Shown: positions 9,067 to 17,497, numbered from the stretch's first letter. The stretch is 20,000 nucleotides of DNA from an uncultured virus (IMG/VR IMGVR_UViG_3300042358_000030) (IMGVR_UViG_3300042358_000030:52499-72498), one strand, 5' to 3'. The notes: generated from the sequence alone by a model not told the origin. Translations and numbers: made by a program.

Positions 9067-9834
9067 ATGGAAATGAAACAGAAAAATAAGAATAAATTTA
9101 TAATGGACACCGATTGGTTATTTGACGGCATTTTAGACGCTGAACAAAAACAATATGTATTATTAGATTACTTCCAAAAGATGAACAAACATCTTGAAAG
9201 GATGGAGGTCTACCCAATGTTTATTGAGCTTTCATTACACTTGGGTAATATACAAACCTTACTAACGCAAAACAAAATTTTATATGTTGATAAAAAATTA
9301 ACATCAAATGATGATGAACTAGTATTGTCTGATTTAAAGGTTAAAGATATTCCTGTTCTTGACGATGAGGAAATTATTGAATATCAAAAAATATTAAAAA
9401 ATAGTCAACCACAACTACATGACTATTTTAATTTTGCAAAATCAATATGGAGTATTGTTTATGATTCTATTGATGTTGTTGTAAAGAAAAACAAAAATAA
9501 TTTACAAAATAAATCAGGTTTTTTTTACTTTAAATTACCTGAAGAAATGTTTATATGGCAATATACCACAAGAAAGGTGTATAAGACCAAAAATCAAACA
9601 AAAACATCTTTAAAATTAATTTTCAAAGGACAACAGGGTAGTTTGACTATTCCGGAAATTATCTCTACATTTTCAAAAACATACGAAAAAAATAACGAAA
9701 TGGATTATCCAATATTTGAAGTTTTTTGTAGTGACATCTTTCCGTTAAAGGAAACATTAGTTCCAATTTTTAAAAGAAAAATATTATCATATATTAATCA
9801 AAATGTCAAAATAACAAGAAAACTATTATCATAA
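9067..9834 (+). CDS. hypothetical protein
   Basis: 255 aa ORF; no motif recognised. Confidence 0.85.
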   Translation: MEMKQKNKNKFIMDTDWLFDGILDAEQKQYVLLDYFQKMNKHLERMEVYPMFIELSLHLGNIQTLLTQNKILYVDKKLTSNDDELVLSDLKVKDIPVLDDEEIIEYQKILKNSQPQLHDYFNFAKSIWSIVYDSIDVVVKKNKNNLQNKSGFFYFKLPEEMFIWQYTTRKVYKTKNQTKTSLKLIFKGQQGSLTIPEIISTFSKTYEKNNEMDYPIFEVFCSDIFPLKETLVPIFKRKILSYINQNVKITRKLLS

Positions 9835-10016
9835 TGGACAAAAAACAAATTAAAGTATTAATGGATAAGTTGAGACGACCAATTCATATTAGTTACGTTT
9901 CAAAATATATTCTTAGACAGAATCTTGAAGAAACAAAAAAACAATTGGATATTTTAATATCTGAAGGATATGTTAAAGAAAGTGGTATTAGTGAAGGGTA
10001 TTATGTGGCTATCTAA
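9834..10016 (+). CDS. small protein, possible winged-helix
   Basis: 60 aa, TAATG coupling to the upstream gene; PIHISYVSKY...LDILISEGYVKES resembles a wHTH pattern. Confidence 0.65.
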   Translation: MDKKQIKVLMDKLRRPIHISYVSKYILRQNLEETKKQLDILISEGYVKESGISEGYYVAI

Positions 10017-10224
10017 AAAAACATATTACATCGGTAGTGGTTGTAGTCAGACAATAATTAAAATTTTTAATTACTCCGTATTGTTTAGTATTTCACCTGT
10101 TGGGTGGTCAATTAGATTTAATGGTGGGTTCGGAATTAATGTAACCACAAAACCACTATTCTCTGTTAGAAATGGTTATAAAAAATCCCTTAAATTGGGT
10201 AAATATTATATAGTAAAATTATGA
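10003..10224 (+). CDS. hypothetical protein
   Basis: Likely start at ATG 10003 (MWLSKK), which minimises overlap; ATGA coupling to the next gene. Confidence 0.6.
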   Translation: MWLSKKTYYIGSGCSQTIIKIFNYSVLFSISPVGWSIRFNGGFGINVTTKPLFSVRNGYKKSLKLGKYYIVKL

Positions 10225-10460
10225 GTGAAAATAAAGAAATGGTGAACCATCCATTACATTATGGTGGTGAAGATAACCCATACGAGGTTGTTAAAGTATG
10301 TGAGGCTTGGGGTCTTGACCACGATGCTTATATCTTCAATGTCGTAAAGTATGTTGCAAGAGCGGGATTAAAAGATTCGGATAAAGAAATACAAGATTTG
10401 AAGAAAGCTTTATGGTATTTAAATCGTAAAATTGAAAATTTAGAAAAAAACAAAATATAA
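10221..10460 (+). CDS. DUF3310 (SaV-like / T7 gp1.7-like) protein
   Basis: MVNHPLHYGG...NVVKYVARAGLK...QDLKKALWYL signature. Confidence 0.9.
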   Translation: MSENKEMVNHPLHYGGEDNPYEVVKVCEAWGLDHDAYIFNVVKYVARAGLKDSDKEIQDLKKALWYLNRKIENLEKNKI

Positions 10461-10465
10461 AAATT

Positions 10466-10648
10466 ATGGCGAAATTAGAAAAAATTGAGACAACAACTTA
10501 TGTTTATGAATATGAGTTATCAGATGACGAGTATCAACAATATTTAGAAGACGAAGATGCGTTTTGGAGTACGTTTGAAGAAAATTGGGAATTAGTTGAT
10601 GAGGATGTGGATTCAATACCAACTGAAATTAATTTACTTGATGAGTAA
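10466..10648 (+). CDS. small very acidic protein
   Basis: 60 aa, dominated by D/E and aromatic residues. Confidence 0.75.
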   Translation: MAKLEKIETTTYVYEYELSDDEYQQYLEDEDAFWSTFEENWELVDEDVDSIPTEINLLDE

Positions 10649-10946
10649 AGTGACTGTCGATATTGACCAATATGCGGAAGGTGCGATTCTATTGGATGGG
10701 TTAGAAAGTGCTATTATAGGTATTGTTGAGGACTTTGGTTCTCCGGGAAGAAAAATCTTATATTCAAAACAAAGAATATTAGATATTCTACAAGAAAGGG
10801 ATTTAATGCTTTATGGAGAAGCGGAAGAGTTTTATGATTATAATATATTAGGGTTATACGCGGGTGAACAGAATGCGGTTTTCTTGGACCAAAGTTTAGA
10901 ACCAATTAAAAATAAAGAAAACGAGTGGGAATACCACGCAAAATAA
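10641..10946 (+). CDS. conserved phage hypothetical protein
   Basis: Likely start at ATG 10641 (MSKVTVD); LLDGLESAIIG...EAEEFYDYNILGLYAGE is a pattern common in phage hypothetical proteins. Confidence 0.75.
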   Translation: MSKVTVDIDQYAEGAILLDGLESAIIGIVEDFGSPGRKILYSKQRILDILQERDLMLYGEAEEFYDYNILGLYAGEQNAVFLDQSLEPIKNKENEWEYHAK

Positions 10947-10950
10947 TAAA

Positions 10951-11814
10951 ATGATAGAAACAGGAAAGATAATTAATGGAGATTGTATTGAGGTAATGAA
11001 AACTTTCCCGGAAGGTTCAATTGATTTATTGGTGACATCACCACCCTACGGAGTTAACATCAAATATGATGTTTATAATGATAGTATTCCTATGGATGAA
11101 TATTGGGATTTTACAACGCAGTGGTTAACAGAATCTTATAGAGTATTAAAAGATGATGGTCGGATAGCAATCAACGTTCCTATAGAAATTAACGTACAGG
11201 AAAGAGGTGGTAGAATATTATTCAACGCAGAGTTTTGGATGAAAATGAAAGAGGTTGGGTTTAAATTTTATGGAATGGTTGACCTTACAGAAGATAGCCC
11301 ACATAGAGTTAGACAAACAGCTTGGGGTTCTTGGATGAGCGCAAGTTGTCCTTACATCTATAATCCTAAGGAATGTATTATTCTAGCTTACAAGAAAACT
11401 AATAAGAAATTAACCAAAGGGGAGTCTCAGTGGTTAGGTACACCAACTGAAGTAACTACAGAAGATGGTAAAACTAAAAATAAAATGGTTTATCAGGACG
11501 AAGATAAGAAAGAGTTTATGAACTTGGTTTTTGGTAGATGGGAATATTTTGCAGACACTAGGTCATTAACTAAGGCGACATTCTCAATGGATATTCCATC
11601 AAAAGCAATTAAGATATTATCATATAAAAATGATATAGTTCTTGACCCTTTTATGGGAAGTGGAACATCGGCATTTGCTGCTGAGTTATTGGATAGACGA
11701 TGGATTGGGATTGAGTTATCTCCGGACTATACAGAGATTGCGAGAAAAAGAGTCCAATCGTTAATTGATGAACATAAACAAACAAAATTAGAATTAAAAG
11801 AAGAGGTGTTATAA
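10951..11814 (+). CDS. beta-class N4-cytosine/N6-adenine DNA methyltransferase
   Basis: GDCIEVM...VTSPPY (motif IV) precedes VLDPFMGSGT (motif I) and IGIEL. Confidence 0.92.
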   Translation: MIETGKIINGDCIEVMKTFPEGSIDLLVTSPPYGVNIKYDVYNDSIPMDEYWDFTTQWLTESYRVLKDDGRIAINVPIEINVQERGGRILFNAEFWMKMKEVGFKFYGMVDLTEDSPHRVRQTAWGSWMSASCPYIYNPKECIILAYKKTNKKLTKGESQWLGTPTEVTTEDGKTKNKMVYQDEDKKEFMNLVFGRWEYFADTRSLTKATFSMDIPSKAIKILSYKNDIVLDPFMGSGTSAFAAELLDRRWIGIELSPDYTEIARKRVQSLIDEHKQTKLELKEEVL

Positions 11815-11824
11815 CCTCTTTTTT
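11801..11824 (+). terminator. intrinsic terminator
   Basis: AAGAGGT-gttata-ACCTCTT followed by a T tract. Confidence 0.7.
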
Positions 11825-11834
11825 ATTTTCGGTA

Positions 11835-11842
11835 TATTTATA
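11835..11842 (+). promoter_or_regulatory. TATTTATA phage promoter motif
   Basis: Lies immediately after the terminator and 15 nt before the ATG at 11858. Confidence 0.6.
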
Positions 11843-11857
11843 ACTAAAAGATTTATT

Positions 11858-12211
11858 ATGGCAAAAAGATTTATAATTTCAGAAGAAGAAAAAGGCGATA
11901 TCCTTTCAAAATACGGATTAGTTAATGAACAAATGAATCAACAAAAAGGTGTTGATGTTCAAATGGGGAAAATTAAACCTGAAATGGGGGGTAAATATTG
12001 TTTTGGTGACCCAAAACGACTTCAAGCAACTTATGGTTACAATGTTAAACTATATAAAGTTAAATCAGGTGATACGTTAAGTGATATTGCATCAAAATAT
12101 CCTGGTGTTTCGAGTGTTGATGAGATTATCGCAACAAATAGAAGTTGTAATTTAGGTAAAGGTCTTAAAGGTGGAGATGTTATAGCAATAACTATTTTAC
12201 CTTCAATGTAA
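11858..12211 (+). CDS. LysM domain protein
   Basis: YKVKSGDTLSDIASKY...VDEIIATN...LKGGDVIAI. Confidence 0.9.
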   Translation: MAKRFIISEEEKGDILSKYGLVNEQMNQQKGVDVQMGKIKPEMGGKYCFGDPKRLQATYGYNVKLYKVKSGDTLSDIASKYPGVSSVDEIIATNRSCNLGKGLKGGDVIAITILPSM

Positions 12212-12212
12212 T

Positions 12213-13619
12213 ATGAAAAAACTTATAAAAGAAAGTGGTTTAAGAGATATTAATGCTCTTGCTAAACGATACCCCAAAGCTGAAATATATTTTCATCAAG
12301 ATTTGGATGGGGTAACGACGGCAATTGCTATGAAACAATATCTTGAGAACAACGGTATTAAAGTGGTGGATGCTCATATTATTCAATATGGCGATAAAGA
12401 GTTTGCTGTAAAGAAGAATGACGCAACCGGTGATGTTATGCCAGTATTGGTAGATTTTGCTCACGGAAAACCAATGTTTGTGATTCATACGGACCACCAC
12501 GATAGACAAGCGGGAGCTGAAGAAACTAAATCCACATCATTTAGAAGTTCTCGTTCAAATGTTGAAACAATATCTCAAGTAGTTTCTCCAAAAGAATTAT
12601 TCCCGTCTTCAGATATATTACTTATTTCAACAGTGGATTCTGCAAATTATGCGGTTAATGAAATTTCAGTAGACCAAGTAATTTCTTATTTATTTAAATT
12701 GGATAAGGACAAATCGTTAGAGAAAAATAAAATGTTAATGGGGTTAGTTGCAAACAAACTATTATTAGCATTTAAAAATAAGCCAGGGTTCTTAGAAACG
12801 TTGGTTATGGAATGTACGCCATCATTATTAAATATCCTTCAAACTATTAAACGAATAATGGTTGAAAAGGGATATGCTAAACCGGAAGAGCTTGAAAAAA
12901 ATAAAGAAGATTACGTTAAATCAATGCAAACAAATCCTAATGTTAAGGTATTAGGTAATGTTATTGTTCAATACGGAGGTGGTTCAATGTTTAAACCCGG
13001 TTCATACGATAGATATACACCATTTAAAAACAATCCTGACGCTGATTTTATTGTAATTGCTTGGCCTTTAGGTTTAGTTCAAGCGTCTTGTAACCCATTT
13101 AAAGGTGAACGTCAATTGAAAGGTGTTAACTTAGGTGAGATTGCTCAAGAAGTATTATCAAAATGGGAAGACCAATTAAAACAAAGAGAAATATCCCTTT
13201 CAACAATTAAGTGGATATCGGAATCTTCAAAAGATTTTAACCCTGAATCAACAGGATTTACATTTAAAGACTTTGTTGCGTTATATGGTAAAGATTTCAA
13301 AACTATGGATAATGGTAGAGAAAAACTAACACATATTGGTGAGATGATGGAAAAACCATTTTCTGAATTGCCAGAAGAACATAGACAAATGTTAGATGAT
13401 ATTAAGGTAAACGCTTGGGATTTCATTCAAGCAAATAGTGGTGGACACAAATGTATTACAAATATCTCAGGATTAAACTTTATGGGTAGAAGTACTCGTC
13501 CACCAAAAGGAAGTGGTGGGTATAATAGAGAATCGGAAGATGCTCCTTATATTAAGTTTACAAAAATGATTCAGAATGAGTTTGTGAAATTGTTACAGGA
13601 AAAGATAAATCAATCGTAA
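12213..13619 (+). CDS. DHH-family phosphoesterase-like protein
   Basis: FHQDLDG (motif I), LVDF (II), TDHH (III), and C-terminal SGGH (DHHA1-like). Confidence 0.75.
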   Translation: MKKLIKESGLRDINALAKRYPKAEIYFHQDLDGVTTAIAMKQYLENNGIKVVDAHIIQYGDKEFAVKKNDATGDVMPVLVDFAHGKPMFVIHTDHHDRQAGAEETKSTSFRSSRSNVETISQVVSPKELFPSSDILLISTVDSANYAVNEISVDQVISYLFKLDKDKSLEKNKMLMGLVANKLLLAFKNKPGFLETLVMECTPSLLNILQTIKRIMVEKGYAKPEELEKNKEDYVKSMQTNPNVKVLGNVIVQYGGGSMFKPGSYDRYTPFKNNPDADFIVIAWPLGLVQASCNPFKGERQLKGVNLGEIAQEVLSKWEDQLKQREISLSTIKWISESSKDFNPESTGFTFKDFVALYGKDFKTMDNGREKLTHIGEMMEKPFSELPEEHRQMLDDIKVNAWDFIQANSGGHKCITNISGLNFMGRSTRPPKGSGGYNRESEDAPYIKFTKMIQNEFVKLLQEKINQS

Positions 13620-13957
13620 TGAATGATTTTGTCTCCGGACTTAATCCCTAATTTTTTACAGGTACCACCTTGAAGTTCAAGTATCATATCACCTTCACCA
13701 CAATAGTTTCTACAATCTTTGGTTTTACAAGGAGGACAGTTGTGGTGAATTTTTGTTATAATATCGTCTTCAATCATAATGATATCCAATGAAATTATAC
13801 AATTCTTCATCCAAAAACAGTGATGACCATCTGACATAATAAATAACATACCATTAAAAGTATCGTCAAATCTTTTATTCATCATACCACGACTAGTGTC
13901 TTTGGGAGATATAACAGTTTTGACTTTGAATTTATTTTTGTTTATAGTTAGTTCCAT
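13610..13957 (-). CDS. DUF192 family protein
   Basis: RGMM...GMLF...FWMKNCIISLDII...ILELQGG signature. Start at ATG 13957, after minus-strand TATTTATA (13963-13970). Confidence 0.88.
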   Translation of the reverse strand: MELTINKNKFKVKTVISPKDTSRGMMNKRFDDTFNGMLFIMSDGHHCFWMKNCIISLDIIMIEDDIITKIHHNCPPCKTKDCRNYCGEGDMILELQGGTCKKLGIKSGDKIIHYD

Positions 13958-13986
13958 ATACTTATAAATACACAAAAAAATATAAA

Positions 13987-14406
13987 ATGAAAGAAGTTAA
14001 ACGATATTCCGGTGTAATTGTTAAATGTGGTGATGAAGTATTACTTTGTAAAAGAAATGCTACAGGTACTTTGCCCGGACAATGGAGTATACCTTGTGGT
14101 CATTTGGAAAACGATGAACATCCAATGGATGGGGTCCAAAGAGAGTTCAAAGAAGAAACAAATTATACGTTAGATAATAAATTAAATTTAGTTGGATTTG
14201 TTAAAAGATATAATCGTGATGGTTCTGAGATTAAAGGATTGATGTATGTGTTTATGATGGAGACGGATGAGAGAATCAACCCTGACTTGGAAAATGCTAT
14301 CGATGGTGATGAACATTCTATGTGCTCATACTTCAATATTAACAACCTACCATTTGAGGACAAAAATGACCAACTATGTCGTTTAATTAAAAGAATTTTA
14401 CAATAA
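13987..14406 (+). CDS. NUDIX hydrolase
   Basis: Nudix box GHLENDEHPMDGVQREFKEETN (GX5EX7REUXEE). Confidence 0.92.
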   Translation: MKEVKRYSGVIVKCGDEVLLCKRNATGTLPGQWSIPCGHLENDEHPMDGVQREFKEETNYTLDNKLNLVGFVKRYNRDGSEIKGLMYVFMMETDERINPDLENAIDGDEHSMCSYFNINNLPFEDKNDQLCRLIKRILQ

Positions 14407-15072
14407 TTTACTACCTTTTATTAAATTATCTTTCGCCCATAATGGTTGAAGATTAGTATAATGATTTAATTTATATAACTCATCTTCTGTTTTTGCTGAT
14501 GATAATGGAATAATGTGGTCAATATGGATTTCAGAACCTAATTTGTCCCAACACATACCTTCGGTAAATAATGATTCAAAATAAATCTTGAATGAATCAT
14601 AATCACAACCAATAATTTCGGTAGTTGTAAATCTTTTATTTTTAAGGTATCGTAATATTGTATTTCGTAATGTTTTTTTTAATTTGTATAATATATCTGT
14701 TTTTATTTTTAATTTTTCATAATTTTTTTTATATTCTTTTATATTTTCTTTATTTTTTTCTCTCCATTTTTTTGTTGATTCTTTTATTTTTTCATTATTA
14801 AGTTTTTTCCACTCACGATTTCTAATAATTTCTGAAGTTTTATTTTTTTCTCGCCATTTTCTCGTTTTTATATTTACTAATTCTTTATTTTCAGAGTTAT
14901 ATTTACGAGACAATTCTAATACCTTATTTGGGTTATTTATTTTCCAATTTTTGTCGTATAAAGACATACATAGTTTGCAAGAACCTCTTTTACCGTCTTT
15001 GGTTGTTTTGTCAGAATAAAATTCACAAACATTTTTTTCTTTACCACATTTTTTACAAATCTTTCTTTCCAT
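14398..15072 (-). CDS. HNH endonuclease (homing-type) with N-terminal zinc finger
   Basis: CKKC...CKLC, Lys-rich KWRE repeats, and C-terminal HIDHIIPLS...HYTNLQPLWAKDNLIKG. Confidence 0.88.
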   Translation of the reverse strand: MERKICKKCGKEKNVCEFYSDKTTKDGKRGSCKLCMSLYDKNWKINNPNKVLELSRKYNSENKELVNIKTRKWREKNKTSEIIRNREWKKLNNEKIKESTKKWREKNKENIKEYKKNYEKLKIKTDILYKLKKTLRNTILRYLKNKRFTTTEIIGCDYDSFKIYFESLFTEGMCWDKLGSEIHIDHIIPLSSAKTEDELYKLNHYTNLQPLWAKDNLIKGSKLL

Positions 15073-15205
15073 AATACTCTTTTAATAAATTTTCAATCAA
15101 TCTTGATTTGTTTATCATTTCATTATCCATTCTCTTAAAAAGTTTTGGGTCTAAACTAATAGCGAATTTAATTTTCTTATCTTCTTCGTTTTTTCTTGGT
15201 TTCAT
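15053..15205 (-). CDS. ribbon-helix-helix-like small DNA-binding protein (50 aa; not in ORF track)
   Basis: Manual translation: MKPRKNEEDKKIKFAISLDPKLFKRMDNEMINKSRLIENLLKEYYGKKDL*. Beta strand (KFAISLD) plus two helices (NKSRLIE); overlaps the HNH start by 20 nt. Confidence 0.75.
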   Translation of the reverse strand: MKPRKNEEDKKIKFAISLDPKLFKRMDNEMINKSRLIENLLKEYYGKKDL

Positions 15206-15218
15206 AATTGTCTTTATA

Positions 15219-15256
15219 TATAAATATCACGAAAAGTATGAAAAGTTATACTTTTG
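15219..15256 (-). promoter_or_regulatory. TATTTATA promoter plus AAAAGT repeat (candidate operator)
   Basis: Minus-strand GATATTTATA at 15219-15228; AAAAGT at 15232 and 15241; ACTTTT at 15250-15255. Confidence 0.45.
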
Positions 15257-15309
15257 TAAATATAATTATAAAAAAGATTAACTTTTTTAATTTTACGATA
15301 TATTTATAA

Positions 15310-15388
15310 TCTCATAAGCCAACAACCCCTTTCTTACGGTTGGACACATTGAAACCTCAACAGAGTAAAATTTGTTGAGGTTTTTTTT
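15310..15388 (+). ncRNA. candidate small RNA (promoter-hairpin-terminator)
   Basis: TATTTATA at 15301-15308, CCAAC/GTTGG stem (15319-15343), terminator at 15352-15388, and no ATG-started ORF. Confidence 0.45.
15352..15388 (+). terminator. intrinsic terminator
   Basis: AAACCTCAACA / TGTTGAGGTTT stem followed by a T tract. Confidence 0.85.
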
Positions 15389-15416
15389 GTTTATATTAAA
15401 AATAGTATTATCTTTG
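15386..15416 (+). promoter_or_regulatory. Bacteroidota-type promoter TTTG-N19-TATCTTTG
   Basis: TTTG at 15386-15389 and TATCTTTG at 15409-15416. Confidence 0.75.
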
Positions 15417-15438
15417 TCGGGAATTTAAATCTTAAATT

Positions 15439-15948
15439 ATGGTAGTATTAGGGATTATATTGGGGGTTATTTTAGTAGTGTTAATGATAATTGGGGTTAA
15501 CGGTTCAGGTAAAGATAACTATAGAAAGAAAAAATGTAAAAATTGGAAGGTTGGTGATAAACTGATTCTAACCCGAGTTGGTGATTACGTTTCAATATTA
15601 AAACAAAATAGAAAAGAATTCGCAACCCTTAAAGGTTGGTCTTTGACTGATTTATATATTGATTGTGGTGATGGTTCCACTTATAAAGTAAATTGGAATG
15701 TATTACTTACTAATAAATCCGACTTATGGAGACAAAACTATGAAGAGGCTAAAAAAGTAATGGGTGTTAATCCTGGTTTTAGTGGTACTATTGGTGATGA
15801 ATTAGAAACTACAGGTAAAAAAGTTGATGGTAAACCTATTGACTTAATGAATGAGGTTGAATGTGAGGTTTATTTGAAGAAAGCTTTGGAAGAAGAAGAT
15901 TATGACACCGCTGAGTTGATTAAAAAAAGAATGGAAAAATTTAGATAA
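15439..15948 (+). CDS. membrane-anchored protein with C-terminal UVR (UvrB/C) motif
   Basis: N-terminal TM helix; LKKALEEEDYDTAELIKKRME at the C-terminus. Confidence 0.75.
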   Translation: MVVLGIILGVILVVLMIIGVNGSGKDNYRKKKCKNWKVGDKLILTRVGDYVSILKQNRKEFATLKGWSLTDLYIDCGDGSTYKVNWNVLLTNKSDLWRQNYEEAKKVMGVNPGFSGTIGDELETTGKKVDGKPIDLMNEVECEVYLKKALEEEDYDTAELIKKRMEKFR

Positions 15949-15949
15949 T

Positions 15950-16204
15950 ATGAGAAATAGTGTGTTAGGTTTTATGGTGATAATTTTATTACTTATCGTA
16001 ACCTCTGTAGGTTATAAAGTTTATTTGGTTAGTGGAATAAAAAAGGGGGGTCATTTATATGAAATCTCCATTCCGGGTAACAGACGACAAGAGACAAGTT
16101 TCTATACTGAAAAGTATGTGGAGAAAGATGGATGTATAACATTCAAAGATGAGTTTGGTAGGTCACATAGAATATGTGGTATGTATAACATTACAGAATA
16201 TTAA
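15950..16204 (+). CDS. small membrane-anchored protein
   Basis: 84 aa, N-terminal hydrophobic helix. Confidence 0.75.
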   Translation: MRNSVLGFMVIILLLIVTSVGYKVYLVSGIKKGGHLYEISIPGNRRQETSFYTEKYVEKDGCITFKDEFGRSHRICGMYNITEY

Positions 16205-16211
16205 AAAAAAA

Positions 16212-16242
16212 TTTGTATATTAAAAAAATAGTATTATCTTTG
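16212..16242 (+). promoter_or_regulatory. Bacteroidota-type promoter TTTG-N19-TATCTTTG
   Basis: TTTG at 16212-16215 and TATCTTTG at 16235-16242. Confidence 0.75.
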
Positions 16243-16262
16243 TCCCATAGAAAATTAAACAT

Positions 16263-16538
16263 ATGAAAACAAATACTTACTCTATTAGAATTGAGAACGA
16301 AAAGTTCGGAAAACTATTACACGAGACATTCGTGGACGCAATTCAATTCAAATTATTCTTGAAGATGGTCCAGGGTTGTATTGAGTTGAAAAATGATTTA
16401 ACATTCTTCAACGGGAGTGACTTCTTAATTCACGTCCCACACAAATACTTAGTTGATTCAATTATTGTTACATCAGTTAACGATTACGACTTGGCTGACC
16501 ATATGAGAAGTAAAGTAGAAGCATTAGTAACTAAATAA
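16263..16538 (+). CDS. hypothetical protein
   Basis: 91 aa ORF directly downstream of a promoter. Confidence 0.8.
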   Translation: MKTNTYSIRIENEKFGKLLHETFVDAIQFKLFLKMVQGCIELKNDLTFFNGSDFLIHVPHKYLVDSIIVTSVNDYDLADHMRSKVEALVTK

Positions 16539-16547
16539 TAGTAAGGT

Positions 16548-17048
16548 ATGAGCACAAATTATTACAAAATTCCAAAAGCAAGTGAGGTTAGAGTCAAATA
16601 CCTTAACTTGGTTGAACAAATAAACGATTTGGACATATGGAGTCCGGAAAACATTTATAATGAATTTAGAACCACTGAAAAGGGTTATGAGAGATGGTCT
16701 GCTTGGGATGAATTCCTTGATGGTATGAAAATTCATATTGGTAAAAGAAGTTCAGGGTGGAAATTCTTATGGAATTTCCAAGATAACAAATTTTACACTA
16801 ATAAGGAAGAACTATTTAAGTTCATCCGTTCAGGTAGAGTTGTGGACGAATATGGTGAATTACAAGACACCGAAGAGTTCATTAAGATGGCTTTGGAGTG
16901 GGGTCAACCGGATGGTTATGTGTTGGATAAGAATTATATGGACGAACAAAGTAAGTTGGCTCATTACAAACCTTTTACCGATATGTCAAAATATTATGAT
17001 AAAGAAGTTGATGGACTTCGAGTATCATCATCAACTGAGTTTTCCTAA
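16548..17048 (+). CDS. conserved phage hypothetical protein
   Basis: 166 aa; MSTNYY...IHIGKRSSGWKFLW...VDEYG pattern. Confidence 0.8.
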   Translation: MSTNYYKIPKASEVRVKYLNLVEQINDLDIWSPENIYNEFRTTEKGYERWSAWDEFLDGMKIHIGKRSSGWKFLWNFQDNKFYTNKEELFKFIRSGRVVDEYGELQDTEEFIKMALEWGQPDGYVLDKNYMDEQSKLAHYKPFTDMSKYYDKEVDGLRVSSSTEFS

Positions 17049-17101
17049 TTCTCTTTAAAAATAGGATGGTGGAGTCGCCGACTTTATGTCGGTCCAAAAT
17101 T

Positions 17102-17128
17102 AACCCTCACATAAAGTGGGGGTTTTTT
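17102..17128 (+). terminator. intrinsic terminator
   Basis: AACCCTCAC-ataaa-GTGGGGGTT followed by a T tract. Confidence 0.8.
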
Positions 17129-17139
17129 GTTTAATCGGA

Positions 17140-17147
17140 TATTTATA
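17140..17147 (+). promoter_or_regulatory. TATTTATA phage promoter motif
   Basis: Follows the terminator, 12 nt before the ATG at 17160. Confidence 0.6.
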
Positions 17148-17159
17148 AATAAAAGAATT

Positions 17160-17477
17160 ATGGGTAACGTTATATTAACAGAAAAACAACTTGAAAAGTT
17201 GATTAGTAAAATGAGAACAGTTAACGAGAATCATGAAGAAGGTTCTTACATGGCTAAACAACAATTATTTACTATTGCAACATTAGCTAACGCTATGTGG
17301 GAAAAAATGGAAAATGGGGAGCAACTTGAAGATTGGATGGAATCTAAAATATCTCAAGCAGAACAAAGTATTATTGGTGTTGTAAAAACATTTATGTATG
17401 ATGAATTTAAGGGTGAGTCCCAAAACAATGATGGAATGGGTAAATTAAATTACGATGAAATTATAATTGGTAAATAA
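17160..17477 (+). CDS. hypothetical phage protein (helical)
   Basis: Start at ATG 17160 (MGNVILTEKQLEKLI); EGSYMAKQQL...LEDWMESKI. Confidence 0.8.
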   Translation: MGNVILTEKQLEKLISKMRTVNENHEEGSYMAKQQLFTIATLANAMWEKMENGEQLEDWMESKISQAEQSIIGVVKTFMYDEFKGESQNNDGMGKLNYDEIIIGK

Positions 17478-17497
17478 TAAATTACAATTAAACGATA

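Noticed and set aside
14700..14960. T-rich quasi-repeats on the plus strand
   Set aside because: They are explained by the Lys/Glu-rich KWRE helical repeats of the minus-strand HNH gene.
8588..17058. ORFs 8588..8788, 10714..10905, 12240..12509, 13145..13426, 14163..14363, 16524..16736 and 16738..17058
   Set aside because: They overlap better-supported genes almost entirely and have no recognisable motifs or dedicated promoters.
17049..17100. tRNA gene
   Set aside because: No cloverleaf or TTCGA T-loop could be built; no tRNA or rRNA was seen anywhere in the window.
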